Virus record (IMG/VR): IMGVR_UViG_3300031578_000001
Length of the DNA: 64,000 nt
DNA from: a virus
Strand: one strand, 5' to 3'
Each line of letters starts with the position of its first letter. Position 1 is the first letter of the stretch. Position numbers and translations under genes: made by a program. Of this stretch, positions 16,235 through 26,665 are shown piece by piece. The notes below the pieces were generated by a model. It was not told the DNA's origin. It saw only the letters and a program-made list of their open reading frames with translations, and did not search any database.

Positions 16235-16465
16235 CTATCCGAACTCGGGTGGAGCTGGAAGGCGCGTGACCTCCTGTTTGACTGTGGTGAGCATCGGGAT
16301 CTGGTTTCCCTGGCTATCCAGGACGTACGTGAGGAACACGGCACCGCTCACCTGCTGCGCCCGTCCATCGCACGATTCCCACCCCTGGTAAAAGCGGAGG
16401 ATGGGTTGGGATTGCCCGTCGGATCTCTTGTTGAGTCCGGGGGCAAACTTGCTGAGCGGTATCAT
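16235..16465 (-). CDS. hypothetical protein
   Basis: MIPLSKF start with a GGAGGAG SD. Confidence 0.55.
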   Translation of the reverse strand: MIPLSKFAPGLNKRSDGQSQPILRFYQGWESCDGRAQQVSGAVFLTYVLDSQGNQIPMLTTVKQEVTRLPAPPEFG

Positions 16466-16516
16466 CGCTCTCCTCCCTTTAAAAAAGAAACGGGAATGAA
16501 ACTTCTTCCTCATTCA

Positions 16517-16525
16517 TCTTATGAC
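16517..16525 (-). promoter_or_regulatory. extended -10-like motif GTCATAAGA
   Basis: Recurrent motif upstream of minus-strand genes; resembles TGnTATAAT. Confidence 0.45.
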
Positions 16526-16541
16526 AAATCGAGGCTCATTT

Positions 16542-17474
16542 TTATCCCGTAATCTTGTAGCGCGTGTTTTTTCTGAATCTGTTCTTACTCATCGGTTTCA
16601 CATACATGGAAACGTAATAGTTACTGATATTAGTGATTTCCTTGAACACGGCTACGAGACCGCGTTCTCGCATCATGGTCCATAGTTTGATCATTCGTTT
16701 CCATCGATCGGTTCCGAGATTAGTCTGACGGTTTTGGTATCGGCCCACTGGGCGGAATCCTCTATTTTCGAGATCAGTCCCTGACAGACTCATTGGCCAT
16801 GTCGGAACTTCGTTGCCGATAAGATATGCTTCGTCAGTTCCTTTCTCGAATACCTCCTTGGAATAGCACATTTCACAGATCGATTCCTGGAGTACATCAT
16901 CCCATAGGAAGCACTCCTCATCCAGCTCACGGTTGCATCCTTCGCAATGCATGGTGTGGTCGCTACCTTGATCTCTGCATCTCTCGGAACAGAATTTCAT
17001 GATGATTCCTTCTGTGTTCTCGCGTGCGCTTTCGAAATGCTCAGAGGTGAGCCATTCGGAGATGACCACAGCGTCCTGGCATTCGGAGCACTCGAAGAAT
17101 GGCTCGACGACCTCGTCTTCAACGAGCTGATACCTGGCCTCGATCTCATCGTAGATCAGCAGGTGGAGGCGTTTTAGAGTTTCCTCCGGTGTCTCCTGAA
17201 GGAAGAGATCGAGCTCGGCCTGGTATAGAGTTCTTCGTCTGAACGGGATCTTGCGACCGAGTTCATTGCGGCCAGTATGCAGGATGAACCGTCCGCTGCA
17301 TTCGTCCTTGTCCTTGGAGCAGAACCGACAGGCTTCCCTGCCGTAGAATTGGATCTTCCAGCATTCGTCCGAGTACTTGTGATCTCGGCCCCTTCTCGTA
17401 TGGAAGGAAGGGACCGAGTTCCACCCATAGTATCTGTGCCGAGTCTCCTTGACGATATCTTTGATGTCAGGCAC
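16542..17474 (-). CDS. Cys-rich (multi-CxxC) hypothetical protein
   Basis: 310 aa with at least four CxxC pairs. Confidence 0.65.
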   Translation of the reverse strand: MPDIKDIVKETRHRYYGWNSVPSFHTRRGRDHKYSDECWKIQFYGREACRFCSKDKDECSGRFILHTGRNELGRKIPFRRRTLYQAELDLFLQETPEETLKRLHLLIYDEIEARYQLVEDEVVEPFFECSECQDAVVISEWLTSEHFESARENTEGIIMKFCSERCRDQGSDHTMHCEGCNRELDEECFLWDDVLQESICEMCYSKEVFEKGTDEAYLIGNEVPTWPMSLSGTDLENRGFRPVGRYQNRQTNLGTDRWKRMIKLWTMMRERGLVAVFKEITNISNYYVSMYVKPMSKNRFRKNTRYKITG

Positions 17475-17504
17475 CTGCGCCTCCTTGTACCAATCCGTTG
17501 GGTT

Positions 17505-17999
17505 CTACCTGAGAGCCACCGCCTTGATCTTTCTGAGGTCGATGTAGACGATCGGCTTGTCCATGGCCATGGCATACTCAACGCAGTTGGCCGTTCCTCC
17601 TCTCGATCGATCCCACACGGCCAGGAGAAGATTGGACTTATCAACCATCCATTTGTTCCTATCCTGCATCAGTTTAGGGCTGTAGGGTTGATCGGATACC
17701 AGAACCTGCGTCACGAATGGGTTGAAGAGAATTCCGCGGTATCTGGCCCTGCTCGTGTCGGGCCACAAGGCGTCCTGATTCTTGCACGGGATGCAGGCGA
17801 CCACGGTGATGCAGGCGGAGATTCCTGCCTCGGCCCACAGCATGTCCACACCCAGGGCCATTCCGCTCAAGATCCGTTCAGGTTTGTACTTATCGATGAT
17901 CTCGTCCATTTCGATTCTGATCAGGTTAGAGATCGGCCCGTTCCCGTTGAACTCGTTATTGAGCTTCCCGGGTCTGTGTCCAGTGCAGGCGATATACAT
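17505..17999 (-). CDS. YspA/YpsA-like SLOG family protein
   Basis: ACTGHRP, SGMALGVD, RNKWMVD, AVWD...GGTANCVEYA motifs. Confidence 0.85.
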   Translation of the reverse strand: MYIACTGHRPGKLNNEFNGNGPISNLIRIEMDEIIDKYKPERILSGMALGVDMLWAEAGISACITVVACIPCKNQDALWPDTSRARYRGILFNPFVTQVLVSDQPYSPKLMQDRNKWMVDKSNLLLAVWDRSRGGTANCVEYAMAMDKPIVYIDLRKIKAVALR

Positions 18000-18180
18000 A
18001 AAACCTCCTCGATACGGCCTCTACACGCGTGCGCGTTGGGGTCGAGTTAAAAATGTATGCAGACCCCTTCCAGGGTGGAGTGTCCAGATGGAGGGAAAAT
18101 TAGAGAGGGGCGTGGGGCCAGGGGTTGCGCCCCTGGCCCCACCAGTGCCGGTGGCCAGTAATACCGTCCATCAGCACTAC

Positions 18181-18189
18181 TCTTATAAC
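18181..18189 (-). promoter_or_regulatory. extended -10-like motif GTTATAAGA
   Basis: Reads TGT-TATAAG on the minus strand, upstream of 17999. Confidence 0.45.
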
Positions 18190-18273
18190 ACAAAAAGGAA
18201 TCGTTTTCGTCCATTAAGGGAGGGGAGGGGAATACGCTCCCCCTCCCTCTCCCATTCCTTTCGTGATCGAGAC

Positions 18274-19332
18274 TCAGATGGTTACCTGGTAGAGGTTCTT
18301 GATGTAGTCCTTTCCCTTCCCTCGAGGGAAGGGAAGAATCCACTTCAGGCGTGTGGGCCTGTTCTCCACGTCACGTGGGCCATACGGGACTTCCCTGTAA
18401 TGGCCGCGTACCCAGTGGGCTCTTCGTTTCGCCCCTTTCGTTCCCTCTCTCGGGTCTCCTGATTCGTTGGTGTCGAGGGGAGAGATTCTTATTCCCCTTC
18501 CGACAACGTAGACGCGCTTCGAGGATGCCATCTTCCTCTGTTTCTTATTCATGAGCTTCTTGAACGGGATCCCCTGGTTCCCTTTGCCCCCGTCCACTCT
18601 TGCTTTCGGCATCGTGATGTAGAGTACGATGTTGATGAGCCACTCGAAGACACCCTTAAAGGACTCCATGTTCAGCTTCATGGCCTCCAGTTCATTCTCC
18701 GTGCTGATCCCTAAGGAGGCTCTCGACATGAATTCCGATATTCTCCAATCTATCTGTGGAAGCAGGAGATCGTTCCTGAAGAATATAGGGAAGCTGAATA
18801 GGCAATCGTCATTCTTGATTTTCGATTCCTTGATTACATCGGATACGGGGATGAAGATGATCGGTTTCAGAGGAACTCCGACAAGATGGTCGCCTCCTCC
18901 GATCATTGTTTCCATTACTTCCTTGTCGAGGGTCACAATCGGATCATGGAGTACATAGACTCCCGACAATGGGGCCGTTTGGATCTCAGATGGCATCGCG
19001 TACGACACCGTGAAATCGTTCTGTGGAAGGTCGATGAAGATCGAGTCGAATGGGAGGTTGAAGTGCTTCAGAGAGATCGAGTCGAGGCTCGTATTCAGAA
19101 GCAGGTCTCCGATTCCGTCCTCGATGATGTAGATTCTCGTGCCTCTCCACATGGCGAAGGTGATATCCAACGACGAGATACTCTGCCTTGATATCATCGA
19201 TATCACTTGCCGTCTGTATTCCGAGAACGTCGAGTCTTTTCCATTCAGGAGTCTCTTCTCGAAGAAGTCGTATACGGATTTGGAGATAGCATCGTAGGTT
19301 CTCTCCCACCGGATCGGATGCGGTTCTTTCAT
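18274..19332 (-). CDS. conserved-type phage hypothetical protein
   Basis: 352 aa; C-terminal RRAHWVRGHYR..YG...KWI.P motif seen in many phage proteins. Confidence 0.7.
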   Translation of the reverse strand: MKEPHPIRWERTYDAISKSVYDFFEKRLLNGKDSTFSEYRRQVISMISRQSISSLDITFAMWRGTRIYIIEDGIGDLLLNTSLDSISLKHFNLPFDSIFIDLPQNDFTVSYAMPSEIQTAPLSGVYVLHDPIVTLDKEVMETMIGGGDHLVGVPLKPIIFIPVSDVIKESKIKNDDCLFSFPIFFRNDLLLPQIDWRISEFMSRASLGISTENELEAMKLNMESFKGVFEWLINIVLYITMPKARVDGGKGNQGIPFKKLMNKKQRKMASSKRVYVVGRGIRISPLDTNESGDPREGTKGAKRRAHWVRGHYREVPYGPRDVENRPTRLKWILPFPRGKGKDYIKNLYQVTI

Positions 19333-19892
19333 GACTCTAATCCTTGGTGCTGTCTAAGGAGCTTCTCGAGATCGTAGACGGCCTCGTTCCCGGCACCTAT
19401 CCGGACGAGCTCGACCACCAGGTATTGGAGTGAGATGAACTCGTCCTCCTGGGGGATGTCAAACTTCAGGATCGCTGGGATGTTCTTATCCATGGCGTGG
19501 ATGCACACGGAGCAGAACCCGTTGTAGATGACTACGTCGGGGTCGATGGTCTGGTTGATGCGCCTGTCCCTTCTGAGGATCGGGAAGAGAGGCTTGAGTC
19601 TCCCGTCGATCTCGGACAGATCCTTGAGAAGACTCCACGGATCCGAGACGAGTGTCGCTCGTTTCTTTGCCCCGACCTTCCCGCACCGGATGCACGTGAC
19701 CTGCGGCAGGAGATCGTTCTCCATGTTTGAGATGAACGTCCCCAGGTGGTTTGCGTCCTGAGGATTGATCCCCAACTTGATGGCTGCCGCCCTGAGCACG
19801 GCCGGCGTGTCGTACCTTGGCCTCGCCGATTCCAAGCCTGCTTTCACCTTGACTTTGTCGAGGGTCTCGACCGATTCCCTGGGTAGATACAT
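19329..19892 (-). CDS. hypothetical protein with CxxC pairs
   Basis: 187 aa; AGGAG SD; ATGA-coupled to the next gene. Confidence 0.65.
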   Translation of the reverse strand: MYLPRESVETLDKVKVKAGLESARPRYDTPAVLRAAAIKLGINPQDANHLGTFISNMENDLLPQVTCIRCGKVGAKKRATLVSDPWSLLKDLSEIDGRLKPLFPILRRDRRINQTIDPDVVIYNGFCSVCIHAMDKNIPAILKFDIPQEDEFISLQYLVVELVRIGAGNEAVYDLEKLLRQHQGLES

Positions 19893-19981
19893 ACTACTCC
19901 TCCTAAAATGTCATTGTGTGAAGACACCCGGCACATCTATCGAGATGCCCGGGATTTACTTCACTGGAATCCTTTCAAAGT

Positions 19982-19990
19982 TCTTATGAC
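19982..19990 (-). promoter_or_regulatory. extended -10-like motif GTCATAAGA
   Basis: Upstream of 19892, in a divergent intergenic region. Confidence 0.45.
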
Positions 19991-20049
19991 ACAAAAGGAC
20001 TGCTTTCTTAGAGACCAGTACAGCGTTATCCTTATGGTGGAGGTATCCC

Positions 20050-22017
20050 ATGGGCGACATGGTTCAAGCTTTGCAGTCTACCCAGAAATACATCGGCCAC
20101 GACTGCACTACGATTCTCCAAGACCTCACCCGTGCCATGCGGAAGATCACGGATCGCGAGGTGAAGCGTCAACGGGAGGAAGCAGGCAAGGTCCAGAAGG
20201 ACTTCGAGGCCAGGAAGTCCGGTGGCCTATGGGACGATATCACCTCCGGGCCGCTCAACGAGTTCAAAGCATCCATTGCCGAAGTCCAGACGAACTACGA
20301 CGAGGGATCTCAGCAGCAGCAGGGATTTCTCGAGAGGTATCAGAAGTATCTCGACGCGGGGATGAACATGGCCGGCATGGCCACCGAGCTCGTGTCGGGA
20401 GTTACTTCCGGGATCGTGGATGAGATGGGCGCCATCAACGCCGTGAGCGAAGCTGCCGGCATGGGCTCGCTCGTTCCTACGGGTGAGAACGAGACCTGCG
20501 GTACCGGATCCCTGCTTATCGGAACGGTGACCAGCGTCTTTCGTGTGGGCGCAGACGCGGCAACCCTCGCCGCGCAATCTGTTTTTGCTGTCCAGTCCTC
20601 CATCGGGATGGCACTCCAGGTACTGCCCGATCTGTACTCGGCTTTGATGAGCATGCCGTCAGGCCTTCTATCCATCATCCTCACGAACAAGGAGGCCCTG
20701 CTGGATCGGATCGAGAGTACCATCAAACAGTCTCTCGACATCGTCGTTTCGATGACAGATAAGGACTACCCTTTCGATCATGCCGCGTTCATTGCCGCTG
20801 CCAAGGCCCGGCTCGAGGATGCGGATGCGGATCTCTCGGCCGTGGAGGAGATCCTCGAGGCTGGAGGGTTGTTCCAGGAGCCGAACTGGAGTCGTGCCAA
20901 GGATACGATCGAGGAGACTGGAAATGATCTTCTCGGGATCGGGGAAGGATCCCTCATTCCAGGTTTCGTTCAGACGAAGATCATCAAGATCCTGGGATAC
21001 CAGAAGCTTCTCGAGATGCTGATCAAGGTGCTCGACGAGCGTCAGAGCATCTTTGCCCAGCTTGCCGGAAACATCGGATCTTTCCAGTCGAACTTCCAGA
21101 CCACGGCTAAGTTTCAGAATCTGATGGCTCCGATTGTTCAGCAGGTTCGCTGCACGCTCCAGAAGATTATCCAGGACATGGGAGACACCATAAATCTGAA
21201 CGCGCTCCTCAGGTACTTCATCAAGGAGAAGAAGTGGGGGATCGATCTCCTGTCCCTCGCCGTCTACATGGTCAACACGGGTCACCTCGGTGACGACCTC
21301 GGGGTCCCGTCCAGTGCACTCAACGATCTCGCGAACAAGATGTCGTCTTCCATTGGAGACGGTGCGGACTACTTCGCAGGAGCGGAGTCCTACGACGTTC
21401 TCACCGGGCTTCTCGCGAACTACACGAGAGAACTCAAGATGAAGGCATCGAGGAACGCTGACCCGAAGATCCTCGATGGGATCGCCCAGGCCATCTTCAC
21501 GGAGATTGAGATCCAAAGGAAAAGCAACAGCGATCTGTCGGAGATCCTGAATGGCTTCAACTCCTCGATCGCCGGAGCCGGTCTCGTGGCCGTGCAGGCC
21601 ATCTCGGGTCTCCTCTCGCTCCTTGGCGATCAGGGCCTCGACACGATCGTGGACTCCATCATGAACGGGGACATCGCCGCACTCTTCAGCGTCGATGCCG
21701 TGAAGCGTCAGGTCGAGGCTACGGCCAGGAAGGCGATCGGTGATGCGCTCCAGTGCTGCACGGACAACGCTGGAGACGGAGACGCGGCCGAGCGCCTTAC
21801 GAATATGAGCAGGGTCGTCCAGGAGCTTCAGAAGGGGAAGGAGATTTTCGACCGTTATACCAAGGGGTATGCGGATCTGTACGTGAAGAACGTCTACAAG
21901 AAGCAGATTCCGGGCCTACAGCAGATCAACAGGGACGTTGCGAACGTCAAGAGAGCCAGGTGCATGAACAAGGGGCAGACCAGCGCGGCGGGTGATCTCG
22001 GCTTGACTCTGGTGTAG
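20050..22017 (+). CDS. large helical protein, probably virion/tail-associated
   Basis: 655 aa; GGAGG SD; precedes the gp25-like gene. Confidence 0.7.
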   Translation: MGDMVQALQSTQKYIGHDCTTILQDLTRAMRKITDREVKRQREEAGKVQKDFEARKSGGLWDDITSGPLNEFKASIAEVQTNYDEGSQQQQGFLERYQKYLDAGMNMAGMATELVSGVTSGIVDEMGAINAVSEAAGMGSLVPTGENETCGTGSLLIGTVTSVFRVGADAATLAAQSVFAVQSSIGMALQVLPDLYSALMSMPSGLLSIILTNKEALLDRIESTIKQSLDIVVSMTDKDYPFDHAAFIAAAKARLEDADADLSAVEEILEAGGLFQEPNWSRAKDTIEETGNDLLGIGEGSLIPGFVQTKIIKILGYQKLLEMLIKVLDERQSIFAQLAGNIGSFQSNFQTTAKFQNLMAPIVQQVRCTLQKIIQDMGDTINLNALLRYFIKEKKWGIDLLSLAVYMVNTGHLGDDLGVPSSALNDLANKMSSSIGDGADYFAGAESYDVLTGLLANYTRELKMKASRNADPKILDGIAQAIFTEIEIQRKSNSDLSEILNGFNSSIAGAGLVAVQAISGLLSLLGDQGLDTIVDSIMNGDIAALFSVDAVKRQVEATARKAIGDALQCCTDNAGDGDAAERLTNMSRVVQELQKGKEIFDRYTKGYADLYVKNVYKKQIPGLQQINRDVANVKRARCMNKGQTSAAGDLGLTLV

Positions 22018-22070
22018 GCAACCCTATACTAAAATTCGGCTCAAGGTTTGTTCTATCTGGTAGATGGCTG

Positions 22071-22469
22071 ATGGACTTCGGTGCGATCACCTTCAATCGA
22101 GACAACTCCATCACGCTCGAGTCTGGCAATAGTCCTCGTCGGCTCAGCGGGATGGCGGCTCTCATGCAGACGGTGATCATCGATCTGCTCTCCGATCCTG
22201 CGATCACAGGCGGGGGATCAGGATTCATCACGGCGCTACAGAACGCGAGGATCGGATCCTCAGAAATTAAGGCGGTCCTCAGGTCGAGGATCAGGGCGGC
22301 TCAGGAGAACATCTTCTCCTACCAGCAGGACAGCAACTCTCCGGACGACGAGAAGCTGAAGAGTCTGGATCTCCTCGATGTCCAGGAGAACGATGACGGT
22401 GATGGCTGGGAGGCTGGGATCATCGTGACGAACGTATCCGGAGAAGTTCAGATGCAGACGTTAGGATGA
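22071..22469 (+). CDS. gp25-like baseplate wedge subunit
   Basis: Size and pattern (L.G...L.Q.V...LL.DP...; V..NV.GE at the C-terminus) plus structural context. Confidence 0.5.
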   Translation: MDFGAITFNRDNSITLESGNSPRRLSGMAALMQTVIIDLLSDPAITGGGSGFITALQNARIGSSEIKAVLRSRIRAAQENIFSYQQDSNSPDDEKLKSLDLLDVQENDDGDGWEAGIIVTNVSGEVQMQTLG

Positions 22470-22473
22470 GTCG

Positions 22474-22650
22474 ATGAACGAGAAGATCGCGGAAGCCTTC
22501 CTGGACGAGTTGGATAAGATTGGGATCTGGCCTGCCATCGCGGCGGCTGCAAGGGCGGCAGCTCCAGCGGTCATCAGCGCTATACCATCCCTGGTGGGTG
22601 GGGTGAAGAAACCCAAACCTCCCGTTTCGATAACAGGAGGCATCAAGTGA
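22474..22650 (+). CDS. small protein with AFLDELDKIG motif
   Basis: 58 aa; not in the ORF track; GTGA-coupled to the next gene. Confidence 0.6.
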   Translation: MNEKIAEAFLDELDKIGIWPAIAAAARAAAPAVISAIPSLVGGVKKPKPPVSITGGIK

Positions 22651-22874
22651 GAGACCGTATCGCCGCGGCCATGCTCGACGAACTCGGGCGTCTCGACAAA
22701 GATGGTGCAGTGGGAGCGGCCATCGGGGCTCTGGCAAAGAAGGTCGTGGGGTCGTCGGCGGCCAAGTCGGTGGGCCAAGGGCTCGCCTATCAAGCCCCTT
22801 ACATGGCCATGTCCGCGATGCAGTCCAGACAGCAGCAGAAAACACCGAAGGACACGACAGGAGGCGTCTGGTAG
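22647..22874 (+). CDS. small protein with a partial DEL..K motif
   Basis: AMLDELGRLDKDG. Confidence 0.6.
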   Translation: MRDRIAAAMLDELGRLDKDGAVGAAIGALAKKVVGSSAAKSVGQGLAYQAPYMAMSAMQSRQQQKTPKDTTGGVW

Positions 22875-23261
22875 ATGGCGCTTCATCCGGACCAGATTCG
22901 CCTTTCCGACCTTTGTGTCCAGGGAGAGTATGATTGTCCGGCTTCCATTGCCGTGGGGGATCCGGCCTACCTGGCCTCGGCCGACGCGGTGGATCTGGCC
23001 GACTGTTTGGACGCAGATAAGATGCCGGCCGAGGGGATCGTGTCGAGGAAGATAACGGCGACCAGGTGTGTTGTAGTGACTCATGGATCGGTGAAGAAAT
23101 CGGGATGGAGTCTTGATCCTGACAACGAGTATTTTGTAGGATCTGGACATATCGTGAAATCGAACAACATTCCTATTTCGTTTGTCATGGTCCAATCGAT
23201 CGGCTGGGCCAAGAACACAGGTGAATTAACCGTCGACACCAGGGGCGTGACCGTCAGGTAG
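22875..23261 (+). CDS. putative head decoration/cement-like protein
   Basis: 128 aa beta-rich protein (I.VGD.AY...A...A...PA.GIV). Confidence 0.45.
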   Translation: MALHPDQIRLSDLCVQGEYDCPASIAVGDPAYLASADAVDLADCLDADKMPAEGIVSRKITATRCVVVTHGSVKKSGWSLDPDNEYFVGSGHIVKSNNIPISFVMVQSIGWAKNTGELTVDTRGVTVR

Positions 23262-23292
23262 CACCAGGCACGTATTGTGAAGGAGCAGAGAT

Positions 23293-26082
23293 ATGCCAGC
23301 AACTTTAGTTCTCGGTTTTAATACGGAAGCATTGGTGCAGACGGCACTGACGCTGGCCGAATCCCTGGCGCTCACAGCGGGCGAGCTCGCGGTCGATGCC
23401 GGAGGCGTCGATCACGACGCACTGCTCAACTACGATGTGGACGATCACGTCGCCCACTCGAGTGTGAGCATCACCGGGGTTAACGGTTTGTCAGGAGGTG
23501 GGGATATCTCGGCGTCGAGGGATCTTGCCCTCAACATCAACGGTCTCACGAATACGGAAACTGTCCTGGCCAGCGACGATCTCGTGGCGATCTATGACAC
23601 CTCTGGTGGCTCTACGGACAAGATGACCGTCGCCAACTTCAACGCAGGACTGTCGCACGATGCCCTGAGTGGTTTCGCAGCGGATAAGCATGTCGCCCAT
23701 ACCTCGGTGTCGATCGCTGCGGGTGAAGGTCTTGTAGGCGGCGGTGACGTCTCATCGACGAGGACCCTCACTACCGACTGGTCCGACCTCTCGAATACAT
23801 CGGTCGCCATGGTCGCCGCGGATCTCATGGCCGTCTACGACAACGGGAACTCAAGGAACGAGAAGATCTCCTTCGCCAACTTCAACGCGTCGGTCGACCA
23901 CAACGTGCTCACCAACTTCGTGGCTGACAAGCACATCGCCCACTCGACGGTCACATTCACGGCGGGTGACGGCCTCACGGGCGGTGGTGACACTTCCGCC
24001 AGCAGATCCTTCGCCGTGGACTTCAGCGACTTCGCGGTGACCGAAGCGGCCATCGTCGCCGCTGATCTTCTCGCCTTCTACGACACCAGCGAAGGCAACA
24101 TGGCCAAGATGACCTACGCCAACTTCGAGTCCAATCTCGCGATCCTGGGTTCACAGGTGGAAGCTGGAAGCCCGACGTTCGATGCCATTACGATGAACGG
24201 GAACATTAACGCGAACCTGAACAAGATCGTGAACATGGCCGACGGAACCCTCGCGACAGACGCCGTGACCCTGTCCCAGCTCCAGGCATCGCAGTCCGGC
24301 ATCACGATAAAGCCTCCTTCCCAGGCGTCCACTACGGAGGATCTCGAGATCACGACGAGTCAGACGATCGACTATCTCGATGGCCTCGAACCTCTGACCC
24401 CGGGTGTCGGTGCGACCCTGGAACCGACAACGAACGGAGTTCTTTCGGCTATCGACGGTTACACGCCGGGGCTCGGCGACACTCTCCTGATCAAAGATGG
24501 AGCCGGCTTTGAGGCGCAGGTCAGCCTGGCCACGGCCATCGCCGATGTCGGCGGAGCCTTGAACGGGAAATACTTCTTCATCTCATCCGCGAACGACGCC
24601 TCCAACTTCTACGTCTGGATGAACGTGGACGCCGGCGGAAACGATCCTCTCGTCGCCAATAAGACGGGAATCTCCGTTGCGATTGTTACGGATGACACAG
24701 CCACCGCCGTAGCCACCGCCGTAGCGACGGCGGTCGACGGGGAATCGGATTTCGCAGCCTCATCGATAGGCGCGAACATCACCATCACGAACGCCGGCAA
24801 CGGTCGGTCTACCGATATCGCGGACTTCAACACGGGGTTCACCGGAGTCGGTACCGACACAACCGGGAAGGGCTACGAGGTCGGAGGCTTGTACGAAGTC
24901 ACAGCGGTCGGGGACGAGTCGAACCCTTGGTTGCTTACCAGGATCACGCAGTTCGACGGCGATCCAGACAACCCGACTCATGAAATACGTGAAGGTGCCC
25001 TGACTCTGGTGATTCACGGGAGCACCAACGGAAACACGCAATGGGCGGTAGCAGCCGGCGTGGAAAACGTCGACGCCATCGAGGTCGGCATCAAGGCGAT
25101 ACCTTGGAACGAGTTCGCGCAGCCTTCCGTGCTTACCGCCGGGGCGGGCTTGACCGAGGCTCCGGCTCTCACGTTCAACGTGGGGGAGGGGACAGGCATC
25201 GTCGTCAACGCCAACGACGTGGCGGTCGACGTGGGAACGACCGCGAACAAGATCCTCCAGCTCAACGGTTCGGCCCAGATTCCGGCCGTGAACGGCGCTC
25301 TCCTCACCAACCTGAACGCCAGCAGCCTGACTTCGGGTCTGGCATCGTTCGCGGTGGGCGGCACCGGCTTCGACGCCTCCGTCCTCGCCGCGGGAACCCT
25401 GATCAAGACCAACGCGGGTGGAACCGCCTTCGAGGCTCTCAACCAGGGAACCGTCAACCAGGCCCTCGTGTCGGCTGGCGCAGGTGCGGCTCCGACCTTC
25501 GCGTCGCTGACTCTCGATGGCAACCTCGATCTGACCGTTACAAGGGTCGAACTTGACCAGTTGTCCGGCATTCTCGCTACCGTCACGGGCGCGAACCTCA
25601 ACGCTCTGACGGAGGGTATCAGTAGCGGGACAACACCGACCACACTTCACGCTCACGATGCCCTGGTCAGCAACTCGATCTGGAACTCGGCGGTTGCTCT
25701 CACCGCCAACCTCTTCGTATCCATGGCCTCCGGAAGCGTCACGATTGCGTCGGCCAGCACGCTTGCTCTCGCTGACAGTTTGATGGGGCTCTGCTACCAG
25801 TCCTCGCTCCTCGGCGCTCCGGCCTTTGTCCAGACGGGCGAAGGGGCACATCTGATCGGAACCCTTCCGAACACTCACTCGGCCATCACTGCCGGTATAA
25901 CAATCCTTTATCTGGAGCAGAACGGGGGCGCGGACATCGGGAAAGTGATCCCGGACTCAGACGTCGTCGTGACCCCAGGCAGCATCATCAAAAGGATCGG
26001 GCCTTCCGGCGCGAGTATCGCACCGAACACAGGCGGACCGGTCGCTCTGATCTATTCCCCGACATCCATCATCGTCGTGTAG
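23293..26082 (+). CDS. long fibre-like virion protein with three ~81-aa internal repeats
   Basis: Three copies of H.AH.SV...G.GL.GGGD.S.SR...D...YD...K...ANF; Ala/Gly/Thr-rich. Confidence 0.7.
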   Translation: MPATLVLGFNTEALVQTALTLAESLALTAGELAVDAGGVDHDALLNYDVDDHVAHSSVSITGVNGLSGGGDISASRDLALNINGLTNTETVLASDDLVAIYDTSGGSTDKMTVANFNAGLSHDALSGFAADKHVAHTSVSIAAGEGLVGGGDVSSTRTLTTDWSDLSNTSVAMVAADLMAVYDNGNSRNEKISFANFNASVDHNVLTNFVADKHIAHSTVTFTAGDGLTGGGDTSASRSFAVDFSDFAVTEAAIVAADLLAFYDTSEGNMAKMTYANFESNLAILGSQVEAGSPTFDAITMNGNINANLNKIVNMADGTLATDAVTLSQLQASQSGITIKPPSQASTTEDLEITTSQTIDYLDGLEPLTPGVGATLEPTTNGVLSAIDGYTPGLGDTLLIKDGAGFEAQVSLATAIADVGGALNGKYFFISSANDASNFYVWMNVDAGGNDPLVANKTGISVAIVTDDTATAVATAVATAVDGESDFAASSIGANITITNAGNGRSTDIADFNTGFTGVGTDTTGKGYEVGGLYEVTAVGDESNPWLLTRITQFDGDPDNPTHEIREGALTLVIHGSTNGNTQWAVAAGVENVDAIEVGIKAIPWNEFAQPSVLTAGAGLTEAPALTFNVGEGTGIVVNANDVAVDVGTTANKILQLNGSAQIPAVNGALLTNLNASSLTSGLASFAVGGTGFDASVLAAGTLIKTNAGGTAFEALNQGTVNQALVSAGAGAAPTFASLTLDGNLDLTVTRVELDQLSGILATVTGANLNALTEGISSGTTPTTLHAHDALVSNSIWNSAVALTANLFVSMASGSVTIASASTLALADSLMGLCYQSSLLGAPAFVQTGEGAHLIGTLPNTHSAITAGITILYLEQNGGADIGKVIPDSDVVVTPGSIIKRIGPSGASIAPNTGGPVALIYSPTSIIVV

Positions 26083-26104
26083 GAGCAGGGAGTAGGAGAC
26101 TGAA

Positions 26105-26596
26105 ATGGGAGAAAAAGGTCCTGAGAAGCCTATTCCTCCGAGAGTGCCCCCGGCATCTCCGAGGAAACCACCGGAGCCTCCGACGAGGAAGAAGTTGGAC
26201 ATGGGACCTCCTCCTCCGAAACTGGAGACGGAACCGATCAATGAACCTGAGTCCCCGGGACCTTCCGTAGGTCCCGGGGACATTCCTCAGATCGGACCCG
26301 GAGGAGAGGTTCACGTTCCGATTCCAGAGGTCAAATATCTGAAGTTCAGGATCACGAAGCTCGAGGAGGAGAATATCAAACTCCAGGAGGCAAAGATTTC
26401 GTCGGATGAGACGATCCTCAGGATGAGCAAGATGAACTTATCGATGATGAAGGAGGCGTTCGCGAAGAGGACGTCCGAAACCTACAAGGAAATCGGAGTG
26501 GGCGACGGCGACAAGGTGATCCAAAGAGGAGACGGTTTCTTCATCGTCAAGGAAGTCAGGGGAATGGGGTTGAACCCGTCCGGCGTCAGGAAATGA
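26105..26596 (+). CDS. Pro-rich N-terminus + coiled-coil hypothetical protein
   Basis: 163 aa; GGAG SD. Confidence 0.65.
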   Translation: MGEKGPEKPIPPRVPPASPRKPPEPPTRKKLDMGPPPPKLETEPINEPESPGPSVGPGDIPQIGPGGEVHVPIPEVKYLKFRITKLEEENIKLQEAKISSDETILRMSKMNLSMMKEAFAKRTSETYKEIGVGDGDKVIQRGDGFFIVKEVRGMGLNPSGVRK

Positions 26597-26619
26597 CTTG
26601 GTGGGCGGGATAAAGAATG

Positions 26620-26653
26620 ACCGGACGGGACCAATGATCCCGTCCGGTTTTAA
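26620..26653 (+). terminator. intrinsic terminator
   Basis: 11-bp stem accggacggga/tcccgtccggt followed by TTTAATT. Confidence 0.8.
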
Positions 26654-26665
26654 TTAGGTCTCGGC

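Noticed and set aside
24760-25878. 372-aa minus-strand ORF
   Set aside because: Antisense shadow of the 929-aa fibre gene; long shadow ORFs are expected in GC-rich coding DNA.
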